A stretch of 48,194 nucleotides of DNA from Campylobacterales bacterium (lineage in GTDB: Bacteria > Campylobacterota > Campylobacteria > Campylobacterales > JAOZPA01): positions 1-48,194 of the forward strand of contig JAOZPA010000002.1 of assembly GCA_029932985.1 (NCBI GenBank). Direction: 5' to 3'. The notes beneath the pieces are model-generated. The model was not told the DNA's origin and did no database searches. It saw only the letters and a program-made list of their open reading frames with translations. The translations under genes and the position numbers were made by a program. Below, piece by piece: positions 37,248 to 45,831 of the stretch (its first letter is position 1; every line of letters starts with the position of its first letter).

Positions 37248-37334
37248 TACTAAAAAATTTTGAAATTTAAATTGATTTGAATTAACAAAAATAACTTTTT
37301 TTAACTCTAATATGTCAACATAAAAGACTTAAGT

Positions 37335-37346
37335 CCCCTCACCGAT
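37335..37346 (+). repeat. CCCCTCACCGAT polar 12-mer, copy 2
   Basis: Exact 12-mer preceded by AGT. It lies 8 nt from the stop of the - strand hybrid kinase gene. Confidence 0.8.
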
Positions 37347-37353
37347 GTTTTAT

Positions 37354-38787
37354 TTATAGTGGATATGTTTTTAATAGTTGTTCGACGAGTTTTATATCAA
37401 AGCTATCTATACTTTCTAAAATTTCATCTGCATAATTTTTTAAATCCTCAATATTATTTTTAATGGCTACCTCTTTTAGATTTAGTGCAAAGTTTTTTAT
37501 TAAATTAAAATCTCCCTTATCTTTAACTTGCATAAACTCCTCATTTAAAATTTTAGCAATTTCATCATCTATCTCAATTTTCTCTAATTTGGTTTTATCT
37601 TCATCAATAGCTATCTTTTTAAAATCTATTTTTTTATCAATATTTAGCACTTTCACATCTTTAAAACTAACCCTAAATCTAGTCCATTCCCCTTTTTGAC
37701 TCTCCACCGAAATTTTACCATTTAGCATATTTGTAAGTTTTTTGCAGATACTAAGCCCTAGCCCCGTGCCACCATATTTAAATTGTTCATCCCTATTTAA
37801 CTGCTCAAAATCCTCAAAAACTTTAGAAATATTATCTTCTGCAATTCCAATTCCACTATCTTCTATAATAAATGCCAAATCTACAAAACTATTATCTTTG
37901 ATATTTGCCTCAATTTTCAGCTTAATATAACCTTCACTTGTAAATTTAATAGAATTTCCCAAAAGATTAAACAAAATCTGCTTCAACCGTGTGTCGCTAA
38001 ACTCAACATTGAGTGGCGTTTGGGGGTCAATAACAATTTTAAATTTCAAATTTTTAGTCTCTATTTTATCCTCAAAAATTGCCACCACTTCATCTATCAC
38101 AGTTTTTAAATTTACTTTGTGATAATTGATTTTAAATTTTCCAGCCTCCATTTTTGCCATAGTCAAAATATCATTAATAATATTCAAAAGATTATTTCCA
38201 GCAATTTTAATAGAGTTTAAATGTTTTTTCTCTTTTGCAGATTTCGTGATATTTAACAAAATCGAACTAAAACCAATAATTGCATTTAGTGGAGTTCTAA
38301 TCTCGTGACTCATATTTGCCAAAAATTCACTCTTCGCCCTCACCGCCACTTTCGCCTCCTCCTTCTCCTTCAGACACCTCTCAAGAGCCAATTTCTCAAT
38401 TGCATTCATCAGCACATTTTCCAAAGTATCCAAATTTATCGGTTTTAGCACATACCCCTGCACACCCATATTAATCGCCCGTAGCAGATAATTATTTTCA
38501 CTAAAAGCGGTCTGAAAAATAATAGGAATATCCCTATCCACCTCTCTCACCCTTTTTGCCATCTCCAATCCATCTAGTCGAGGCATCTTAATATCGGTCA
38601 AAATTAGGTCAATTTTATTGTTTTTCAATTTCTCCAACCCATCATTTCCATCGACCGCTTCAATCACATTTTTAAACCAAAATTCAATATTAAAAATCAA
38701 CTCTTGTCGAATCCCATCATTATCCTCAACCACTAGCAAAGTTAATTCCTGCATAAATTTTCTAATATCCATATTTAGTCTCTCCAT
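37354..38787 (-). CDS. hybrid two-component protein: N-terminal receiver + HisKA/HATPase kinase
   Basis: REC ([32 protein letters not shown]). H-box [15 protein letters not shown]-box [11 protein letters not shown]. Confidence 0.85.
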   Translation of the reverse strand: MERLNMDIRKFMQELTLLVVEDNDGIRQELIFNIEFWFKNVIEAVDGNDGLEKLKNNKIDLILTDIKMPRLDGLEMAKRVREVDRDIPIIFQTAFSENNYLLRAINMGVQGYVLKPINLDTLENVLMNAIEKLALERCLKEKEEAKVAVRAKSEFLANMSHEIRTPLNAIIGFSSILLNITKSAKEKKHLNSIKIAGNNLLNIINDILTMAKMEAGKFKINYHKVNLKTVIDEVVAIFEDKIETKNLKFKIVIDPQTPLNVEFSDTRLKQILFNLLGNSIKFTSEGYIKLKIEANIKDNSFVDLAFIIEDSGIGIAEDNISKVFEDFEQLNRDEQFKYGGTGLGLSICKKLTNMLNGKISVESQKGEWTRFRVSFKDVKVLNIDKKIDFKKIAIDEDKTKLEKIEIDDEIAKILNEEFMQVKDKGDFNLIKNFALNLKEVAIKNNIEDLKNYADEILESIDSFDIKLVEQLLKTYPL

Positions 38788-38798
38788 TTTTTTTCAGT

Positions 38799-38810
38799 CC
38801 CCTCACCGAT
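38799..38810 (+). repeat. CCCCTCACCGAT polar 12-mer, copy 3
   Basis: Exact 12-mer preceded by AGT, in the 30-nt spacer between two - strand kinase genes. Confidence 0.8.
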
Positions 38811-38817
38811 AAATCTA

Positions 38818-40029
38818 TTAAGTTCTTAATTCGATGACAAAACAAGCTCCATTGTAGTTATTGTTATCAATCTCAAATTTGCTATTTTGGGCAACTATTG
38901 AGCCATTTAAATATTTAGTTATAATCTCTTTTGACATATATAATCCAATTCCAGTCCCCTCACCTTCACCTTTGGTGGTAAAATAGGGTTCAAAAATTTT
39001 ATCTATTATCGCAAGTGATACTCCATCGCCATTATCACAAATTTTTATACTTATTGAGTTCTCATTTTTGATAAGCTCTACAAATATTATCTTCTCTTCA
39101 TCATTCTGTTTTATTATCGCATCTTTAGCATTTGATAATATATTTACAAAAACTTGCTCAAACTCATCACTATGACCATAGATTTGATATTGTGTTTGGT
39201 CGTCTGCTGTTAAATAAAAAGTGATTCCATTACTTTGAAATGAACCTTCAAAAAGGGAGCTACTTTTATTTATAGATTCGATTAAACAAAAATCTCTTTT
39301 AATTTTGGTTGGGGAGTAGAAATTTCTAAAATCTTCTATGGTTTGTGACATTTTATCAGCTAGAAACAACCCCTTTTCTACCCGTTTTTCTATAAACTCT
39401 TCACTTAACATATCACGAACATAAGCAGTTTTAAATGATTGAATTAGAAGTGAAAGTTCATTTAGAGGTTGTCGCCACTGATGAGCAATATTTCCAATCA
39501 TTTCACCCATTGATGCCATTTTACTCTGTTGAATGAGCATCATTTCACTTTTTTCTCGTTTGCTAATCTCGTGGGCTACTTGTGTTTTTAAATTTTCCTT
39601 ATACTCCTCATTCTCTTTTTTAAGCTTCACACTTTGAACAATCTTAGATAAAACTTCCAAAAATTGAGTTAGTAACATCGGTTTTAAAATATAGCCATCA
39701 ATTCCCGATTTTATAGTATCTGTAAAATATTCTGTATCATTATGAGCTGACAAAACCAAAATTTGAATATCACGATTTTCCTCTCTTATCTTAGTTATCA
39801 TCTCAATTCCAGACATCTTCGGCATATTTAAATCTGTTATTATCAAATCATAAGAATTTTTAGAAAAATGCTCAAGTCCATCAAGCCCATCAACTGCAAT
39901 ATCCACAGAATCAAAAAAATTTTGAAAAACATTCATAGTTGAATTTCGAGAATCTTCATTATCTTCAACATACAAAACTCTTAAACTCATACTTATTGCA
40001 GTAACTTTTTTCATTTTCTCAACATCCAT
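38818..40029 (-). CDS. receiver-domain histidine kinase (REC + HQWRQPL-type kinase core)
   Basis: REC (VLYVEDNEDSRN, DLIITDLNMPKMSG, GYILKP). H-box NIAHQWRQPLNEL. G-box GEGEGTGIGLYMS. Confidence 0.85.
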   Translation of the reverse strand: MDVEKMKKVTAISMSLRVLYVEDNEDSRNSTMNVFQNFFDSVDIAVDGLDGLEHFSKNSYDLIITDLNMPKMSGIEMITKIREENRDIQILVLSAHNDTEYFTDTIKSGIDGYILKPMLLTQFLEVLSKIVQSVKLKKENEEYKENLKTQVAHEISKREKSEMMLIQQSKMASMGEMIGNIAHQWRQPLNELSLLIQSFKTAYVRDMLSEEFIEKRVEKGLFLADKMSQTIEDFRNFYSPTKIKRDFCLIESINKSSSLFEGSFQSNGITFYLTADDQTQYQIYGHSDEFEQVFVNILSNAKDAIIKQNDEEKIIFVELIKNENSISIKICDNGDGVSLAIIDKIFEPYFTTKGEGEGTGIGLYMSKEIITKYLNGSIVAQNSKFEIDNNNYNGACFVIELRT

Positions 40030-40082
40030 ATTAACCCCTATTTAAAATTATACTTTTTTACTGATTAAGTAGATAGCCTTAT

Positions 40083-40886
40083 CTACTTAATCAAATCCCT
40101 CATCTCTTTAACCGCATTTTCAAAACCTGTAAAAATACTTCGAGCAATTATACTTTGACCAATATTTAACTCTTCAATCTCTTGAATTTTCACAATATCA
40201 CTCACATTTTGATAATTCAGTCCGTGACCCACCGCCACCTTTAAGCCATAATCATTTTTCGCCGCTATCGCACTATCCTCTAACTCCTTGATAGAAGTTT
40301 TTAACATCTTTTTAAGCCGAGTCCGCTCCACATTTAACTCTTTGATACAGTGTTTGGTTTGAGCCAAATTTGTATTTAACATCGCATAGATATTTGCATA
40401 TTTCCCAGTATGAAGCTCCACCCAATCAACCGCCAGACCCTTAGCCGATTTGATATTTTCGACAGTTGGGTCGATGAAAAGTGAAACCTCTATCTCTAGT
40501 CGCTTGAGGTAAAAAACTGCTTGGTCCAAAGCTTCATAGTTACCCCCCAAGTCCAGCCCCCCCTCGGTCGTGACCTCCTCCCGTTTTTCAGGAACTAAAG
40601 TGACTCGTGCAGGTCTAAAAGCCCCCACAATCTCTATCATCTCAGGATTTATTGAACACTCAATATTTACAGGCAGATGAGAATTTTGCATAATCCGTGC
40701 TACATCATCGTCATTTATATGTCGTCTATCCTCTCGTAAGTGGATTGTGATTTGGTCAGCCCCTGCTCGTCTGGCAATGCCCAAAGCATCTAATGGGTCT
40801 GGGTCATTGATGGCTCTCGCCTCTCTCAACAAAGCGATATGGTCAATATTGACTCCTAAATACATATTTTTCCTTTTTGTTTTCAT
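40083..40886 (-). CDS. pdxJ: pyridoxine 5'-phosphate synthase
   Basis: LGVNIDHIALLREAR, ITIHLREDRRHI, VTLVPEKREEVTTEGGLD, ELHTG, VGHGL. Confidence 0.93.
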   Translation of the reverse strand: MKTKRKNMYLGVNIDHIALLREARAINDPDPLDALGIARRAGADQITIHLREDRRHINDDDVARIMQNSHLPVNIECSINPEMIEIVGAFRPARVTLVPEKREEVTTEGGLDLGGNYEALDQAVFYLKRLEIEVSLFIDPTVENIKSAKGLAVDWVELHTGKYANIYAMLNTNLAQTKHCIKELNVERTRLKKMLKTSIKELEDSAIAAKNDYGLKVAVGHGLNYQNVSDIVKIQEIEELNIGQSIIARSIFTGFENAVKEMRDLIK

Positions 40887-40899
40887 TATAACATATTTT

Positions 40900-41424
40900 C
40901 TAATCTTTTTTCTCTAGCAATTTTTGTCTGATTTGAGGGTTTGACATATTTTCACCCCGTAACATCTTTACAGTCATCGTCTCAAAATTGATAAAATTTT
41001 TTTGCTTTTTTTGATATGCCCCAAATCCATACTCCATTGGAGTTATATCAGTTTGTGAATACCAAGCCTCTCGACCATCTATCCACCCCTCAATATCCTT
41101 TGCATAAACCCAAATCTTCGCCTTTTTTTTAAATGGCTTATCCTCTATCCATCTCACCATCCCCCCGTGGTCGTGAAAAAACCAAGTCTTGCCGTTGGGG
41201 GCTACAATCTCACTAGCATACAAAAGTGAATCTATCACCATCCCACAATCGCTATCTTGAAACTGCCCCAAAACTATGGGAATCACCACCTGCTCCATAT
41301 TGCCCTCATGAAGTGTTGTCATTTTTTTGATATTTGAAAGCGAAAATACCACAACCACCACTATTAAAATAAAAACAAAAATCGTAATCATCGGAACTAT
41401 CAATTTTTTCATTATCGTCTCCAT
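40900..41424 (-). CDS. NosL-family-like membrane-anchored protein
   Basis: TM anchor, then DCGMVIDSLLYASEIV..GKTWFFHDHGGMVRW...KIWVYAKDIEGWIDGREAWYSQTDITPMEYGFGAY. This follows the NosL pattern as I recall it: CGM, a FD..gcM-like block, Wida..A, PMg.G..A. Confidence 0.5.
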   Translation of the reverse strand: METIMKKLIVPMITIFVFILIVVVVVFSLSNIKKMTTLHEGNMEQVVIPIVLGQFQDSDCGMVIDSLLYASEIVAPNGKTWFFHDHGGMVRWIEDKPFKKKAKIWVYAKDIEGWIDGREAWYSQTDITPMEYGFGAYQKKQKNFINFETMTVKMLRGENMSNPQIRQKLLEKKD

Positions 41425-41524
41425 TAATTTCTTTAATAATACTAAAAAAATATTTAATTGGGTGTTAATTTATATAGAATTTTGATATAATATTAAGTTC
41501 ATAATTTTAAAACAAGGAAGAGAT

Positions 41525-41950
41525 ATGAAAAAATTAGTTTTTTCACTTTTTGTAACAGTTTCACTACTTTTTAGTGCTGATGTAATCGATATGGGGGACG
41601 GCAAAGCTATTTTTGAAAAAATTAGTGTTGTTGAATTCAAAAGCGGTAAAATCGAGATTCGAGATGACCATTTAGAAGATTTAGGTGAATTTGTAGCTTT
41701 TTTGAAAAAAAATAGTAGCTACTCAGTAGTTCTTTATGGCAGAAGTGACAATGTTGGAAACCCTGTCAACAACAAAGCTTTGTCTAAAAAAAGAGCAATC
41801 GTTTTAAGAAGTTATTTGGTAAAAAAAGGTATCAAAAAATCAAGATTACAGATAGTAGCTTTAGGCGACCAAAAACCAATCGCAAGTAACAGCACACCAG
41901 CAGGTCAAGAGATTAACAGAAGTGTTGAGATGATTTTGAACACTAAGTAA
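41525..41950 (+). CDS. small secreted OmpA-family (peptidoglycan-associating) protein
   Basis: Signal peptide, then VVLYGRSDNVGNPVNNKALSKKRAIVLRSYLVKKGI...RSVEMIL. Confidence 0.75.
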   Translation: MKKLVFSLFVTVSLLFSADVIDMGDGKAIFEKISVVEFKSGKIEIRDDHLEDLGEFVAFLKKNSSYSVVLYGRSDNVGNPVNNKALSKKRAIVLRSYLVKKGIKKSRLQIVALGDQKPIASNSTPAGQEINRSVEMILNTK

Positions 41951-42061
41951 TTATTGTCACAAATTTAGATTAAAGGCAATAAGGCATTGAGTGAAATTTT
42001 AGATAAATCTAAACTCACTTATTGGCTAAAATTATAATTAGACATTTACATAGATTCTAGT

Positions 42062-42087
42062 CCCCATAAGAACACCATATTATGGGG
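42062..42087 (+). terminator. hairpin plus T-run downstream of the OmpA-family gene
   Basis: CCCCATAA - 10-nt loop - TTATGGGG, followed within 15 nt by TTTTTT. Confidence 0.45.
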
Positions 42088-42189
42088 GTTTCCATACCCA
42101 TTTTTTAGAAAAAAATAATATTTTTATTAAAGTTTGCTATAAGCTCAAATTGCTATATTATGTTTTTGTAGAAAATTAAAAGGAAAAAT

Positions 42190-43017
42190 TTGAAGAATTT
42201 AATGTTGATTGCATATTTGGATTTAAAGGAGTCGATTCGAGCTAAATGGTTCATAATCTACTCACTCGTTTTTGGTGGGCTTATCGCCCTGTTTTTTATC
42301 GCTGGGGTTACAGAATCTCAAGTTATGGGTTTTAGTGGGCTTAGTCGATTGCTTTTGATGTATATTCAAGTGACGATTATTATTTTGCCTATCTTCATCC
42401 TCATCACCACCGTTCGTTCCATCTCTGGCGACCGTGATGACCATATTTTGGAGTATATGTTGTCATTCCCAATCTCACTAAAGCAGTATTATTGGGGCAA
42501 AATTGTAGGTCGATTTGTGACTGTTTATCTGCCTGTGCTTTTTGCAATGGTGATTGCGGTGATATATGGAGTTTTCAAGGGTGCTTCGATTCCGTGGGGG
42601 ATTTTCATACTCTATACTGGACTTCTATTTGCCCTCTCCGCTTCATTTTTGGGAATTGCATTTTTCGTCTCCTCTCTTGTGAAATCGTCAGAAGTGGCTT
42701 TGGGAATTGCATTTTTCATCTGGATTTTCCTATTGGCATTTATCGACATCGCTTTAATTAGTTTGATGATGCAAAATAGGATGAATGAGGAGGCGATAAT
42801 AGCAATCGCTTTAATTAACCCTATGGAGGTTTTTCGAGTCGCTGCTATCAGCCTTTTTGACCCCGAACTCACCGTTATGGGTCCTGTGGCATTTTATATT
42901 TTAGACACCGTCAAGCAGAGTATTTTTATACTTTTTTCAATCATCTATCCTATTTTATTAGGTGTGCTTTTTGCGATGGGTGGCTTTATGATATTTAAAA
43001 AACGAGATTTGGTGTAG
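42190..43017 (+). CDS. ABC-2 type transporter permease (NosY-like)
   Basis: N-terminus LIAYLDLKESIRAKWFIIY and six predicted TM helices. No adjacent ATPase gene. TTG start. Confidence 0.55.
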   Translation: MKNLMLIAYLDLKESIRAKWFIIYSLVFGGLIALFFIAGVTESQVMGFSGLSRLLLMYIQVTIIILPIFILITTVRSISGDRDDHILEYMLSFPISLKQYYWGKIVGRFVTVYLPVLFAMVIAVIYGVFKGASIPWGIFILYTGLLFALSASFLGIAFFVSSLVKSSEVALGIAFFIWIFLLAFIDIALISLMMQNRMNEEAIIAIALINPMEVFRVAAISLFDPELTVMGPVAFYILDTVKQSIFILFSIIYPILLGVLFAMGGFMIFKKRDLV

Positions 43018-43028
43018 GGGACTCAAAT

Positions 43029-43040
43029 CCCCTCACCGAT
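43029..43040 (+). repeat. CCCCTCACCGAT polar 12-mer, copy 4
   Basis: Exact 12-mer, part of AGGGGA-CTCAAA-TCCCCT-CACCGAT. It lies 12 nt after the permease stop and 22 nt before the next ATG. Confidence 0.8.
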
Positions 43041-43061
43041 AAAATTAAAAAAGGAGAAAAG

Positions 43062-44897
43062 ATGAAAAATTTAAGTAGGGGGCGATTTAATCGCTCCAAT
43101 TTAATATCTGTAAATCTGATTTTTGCTATGACAGCAATATTTTTTACAGGTTGTGTGGCAGGTGTCACAAATTTAGCAGATGATGTGCAAAACAATCTAA
43201 AACCTATAAAGATTGTGGATAAAAATAAAGTTGTGGAAAATTCACAAAAAAATAATGAAAAGATTTTTAAAGATTTTGCAAAGATGATAGAGGGTTATTA
43301 TGGCAAAGATGAAATTTTAATTACAAGTGATAGTGAAAAAAATAAAGAGTTGATAATGAGTGCGATTCTCAAGATTGGAAAACCACTAGTTTATGTAGAT
43401 TTACAAAATCAAACCCAAAAAGTAGAATATGTAATTTCAGGCTCGATTACTGAGCTTGATGAGGGGGTGAAGATAGTTGATAATTCACTTACTGCTGGAA
43501 TTCAGGGGCTTTTGAAAGAGTTCGCAGGGGATTTACAGGGGGAAAATCGGAAAAATACAGTCGTTACAAATATGGCGGTGGATATGTATCTTAAAGATTA
43601 TGAGACATCAAAATTGATAGCAAATAGTATTCAAAAAGCCTCTCTTTATCAAAATCAACAAACACGAACGGCGGGATTTTATCTTTTTGGTACGGGGCTT
43701 GAGGTGAGTGATAATGTGACTTATCGAAGTGCAAAAGATGCGACGGTTAGGAGTTTGATTGAGATTGGGACTTTGGAGATTATCGGCAAGGAGTTGAAAC
43801 TGCCATATTGGAAATTGACCAAAGCCAAAGAGTCTAAATTTCTAGTAAGTTCGATTGAGGAAAATTTTGAGAAGAGCGATAAGATTCGTGAACTTCAGAA
43901 GATTTTGCAAAAATATGGATTTAGCGATGTTGAGATAAATGGTAATGAGGATTCAAAAACCAAAGAGAATTTAAAACGGGTTACAGAAAGTTTTAACCTT
44001 AGATATAGTGGTGTTTCCGCTAGACTTCTTACTGATTTGTGGCTTAATATTCCATACCAAAAAGGGGCAAAATATACCCCAAACGAAAATTTTTTACACT
44101 ATCCAAATGATATAGCGGTGGTGGCAAAACAGATAGATAGATTGGGATTTAGTCAAGTTCGGATTAATTCTATCGTGAATAGATATACCCGAAATCGAAA
44201 CTCTTTTAGCGATGAGTTTAAAAACAGATTGGTAGATTATTTGACTAAAAATACAAGCTTAAAGGTGATTGATAGCTCAAAAGATAGCACTCGAAAAATC
44301 TCCAGACGAAACAAAGGGTTAGTTGATATAAATGGTTTTTTTGAACTTGATGACAAAAAAATAGTTATGGAGTTTAAGGCGATTGATGGTGAAAAAGTGG
44401 TAAAAACTATCAAAGAGGATTTTAGTAAAAATGGGCTAACTGATACATCACTCTCATCTAGTAAAATTGCAAATTATCTAAAAATCAAAACTGAAAAACG
44501 AGATGACACCATAGAGGTGATGGCAAATAAAGGGGAGCTTGACACTATCTATTATGGTGGTGAAAAGATAACTTTTGAGGTAAGGTTGAAAAAGCCGATG
44601 TATCTTTATATTTTCAATATTGATAGCAATGGTAAAGTTTCAGATTTGACCGATAGTGTAGAAATTTATGAACAAGGTAAAATCTATACAATCCCTGCAC
44701 CAGATAGTAATTGGGAGATGCCTGTGGAGAAACCTTATGGAAATGAGGGGATAAAATTTATAGCACTAAGTGAAAAGATTGATTTTCCTAAAGATAAAAG
44801 TGCAAATGAGATAGTAGATTATTTCAGAAATCAAGCCCAAAATAGAGGATTTAAGATTTATGAGAAAAGTTTGCTAATCCAAACCAAAGAAAAGTAG
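43062..44897 (+). CDS. multidomain lipoprotein: CsgG-like + peptidoglycan-binding-like + DUF4384-like
   Basis: Lipobox IFFTGC. CsgG-like YVISGSITELDEG...VDMYLKDYETSKLIANS...ATVRSLIEIGTLEIIGK. PG_binding_1-like IRELQKILQKYGFSDVEINGNEDSKTKENLKRV. DUF4384-like GEKITFEVRLKKPMYLYIFNIDSNGKVSDL. AAGGAG Shine-Dalgarno. Confidence 0.6.
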   Translation: MKNLSRGRFNRSNLISVNLIFAMTAIFFTGCVAGVTNLADDVQNNLKPIKIVDKNKVVENSQKNNEKIFKDFAKMIEGYYGKDEILITSDSEKNKELIMSAILKIGKPLVYVDLQNQTQKVEYVISGSITELDEGVKIVDNSLTAGIQGLLKEFAGDLQGENRKNTVVTNMAVDMYLKDYETSKLIANSIQKASLYQNQQTRTAGFYLFGTGLEVSDNVTYRSAKDATVRSLIEIGTLEIIGKELKLPYWKLTKAKESKFLVSSIEENFEKSDKIRELQKILQKYGFSDVEINGNEDSKTKENLKRVTESFNLRYSGVSARLLTDLWLNIPYQKGAKYTPNENFLHYPNDIAVVAKQIDRLGFSQVRINSIVNRYTRNRNSFSDEFKNRLVDYLTKNTSLKVIDSSKDSTRKISRRNKGLVDINGFFELDDKKIVMEFKAIDGEKVVKTIKEDFSKNGLTDTSLSSSKIANYLKIKTEKRDDTIEVMANKGELDTIYYGGEKITFEVRLKKPMYLYIFNIDSNGKVSDLTDSVEIYEQGKIYTIPAPDSNWEMPVEKPYGNEGIKFIALSEKIDFPKDKSANEIVDYFRNQAQNRGFKIYEKSLLIQTKEK

Positions 44898-44907
44898 GAA
44901 AAAAATT

Positions 44908-45831
44908 ATGAGTAGAAAATTAGTTAGTTTTGATTGGGCGATGAAGAAGATTTTGCGACAAAAGGCAAATTTTGGGATTTTAGAGGGGTTTTTGAGTGAG
45001 CTTTTTAAATTTGATGTGAAGATTCAGGAGATTTTGGAGAGTGAATCAAATCAAGAAACAGAAAATGACACATTTAATCGGGTAGATTTATTGGCAAAAA
45101 ATGAGAATGGAGAGTTGATTTTGATTGAGGTTCAACACCAAAGTGAGCTAGATTATTTTCAGCGGATGCTTTATGGGGTTTCTAAATTGATTTGTGAGCA
45201 TAGAAAAAAAATTGAATCTGATGAGGAGATAAAGGAGTTTCCAAACTATAGATACATAGATGTGAAAAAAATCTATTCGGTGAATCTGCTTTATTTTGCC
45301 TTTGCCAAGGGGAGAGATTATCTTTATTATGGCAAAACAGAATTTCGTGGAATGAACCAAAGTGATGAAATTTTGGAGCTTTCGGAGTTGCAGAAAAAAA
45401 ATTTGAAAGTGAATGATATTTATGAAATTTTTCCAGAATACTATGTAATTCGGATTAATAAATTTGATGATATTGTCAAAAACAAGATTGATGAGTGGAT
45501 ATATTTTTTAAAAAATGAGGTGATTAAAGATAAATTCAAGGCTCAAGGTTTGGATAATGCCAAAGAGGCTTTGGATGTTTTGAAACTTGGTACAAAAGCA
45601 AGAGCAGTCTATAACCGTCGAGAGGAGAATAAAATGCACAAAAATTCACTTCTTTATACCGCTAAAGTCGAGGGAGAAGCAAGAGGAGAAAAAAGAGGAA
45701 AAATAGAGGGTGCAAGAGAAAGAGATATTGAGATAGCAAAAAACTTACTTGATGTTTTGGATATTGAAACTATCGCTTTAAAAACTGGTTTGAGTATCGA
45801 AGAGATAAAAAATTTAAAGGATGAGAAATGA
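44908..45831 (+). CDS. PD-(D/E)XK nuclease-family protein (Rpn / YhgA-like, 'putative transposase' family)
   Basis: N-terminus VSFDWAMKKILRQKANFGILEGFLSELF and core RVDLLAKNENGELILIEVQ (D...E.Q), typical of the PDDEXK_2/Rpn family. The stop overlaps the next ATG (ATGA). Confidence 0.7.
   Translation: MSRKLVSFDWAMKKILRQKANFGILEGFLSELFKFDVKIQEILESESNQETENDTFNRVDLLAKNENGELILIEVQHQSELDYFQRMLYGVSKLICEHRKKIESDEEIKEFPNYRYIDVKKIYSVNLLYFAFAKGRDYLYYGKTEFRGMNQSDEILELSELQKKNLKVNDIYEIFPEYYVIRINKFDDIVKNKIDEWIYFLKNEVIKDKFKAQGLDNAKEALDVLKLGTKARAVYNRREENKMHKNSLLYTAKVEGEARGEKRGKIEGARERDIEIAKNLLDVLDIETIALKTGLSIEEIKNLKDEK

Noticed and set aside
44908-45831. The Rpn/PD-(D/E)XK 'putative transposase' gene as an insertion sequence.
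   Set aside because: I saw no terminal inverted repeats or target-site duplication flanking it. Its spacing is operon-like: 10 nt after the upstream stop and an ATGA overlap with the downstream start.
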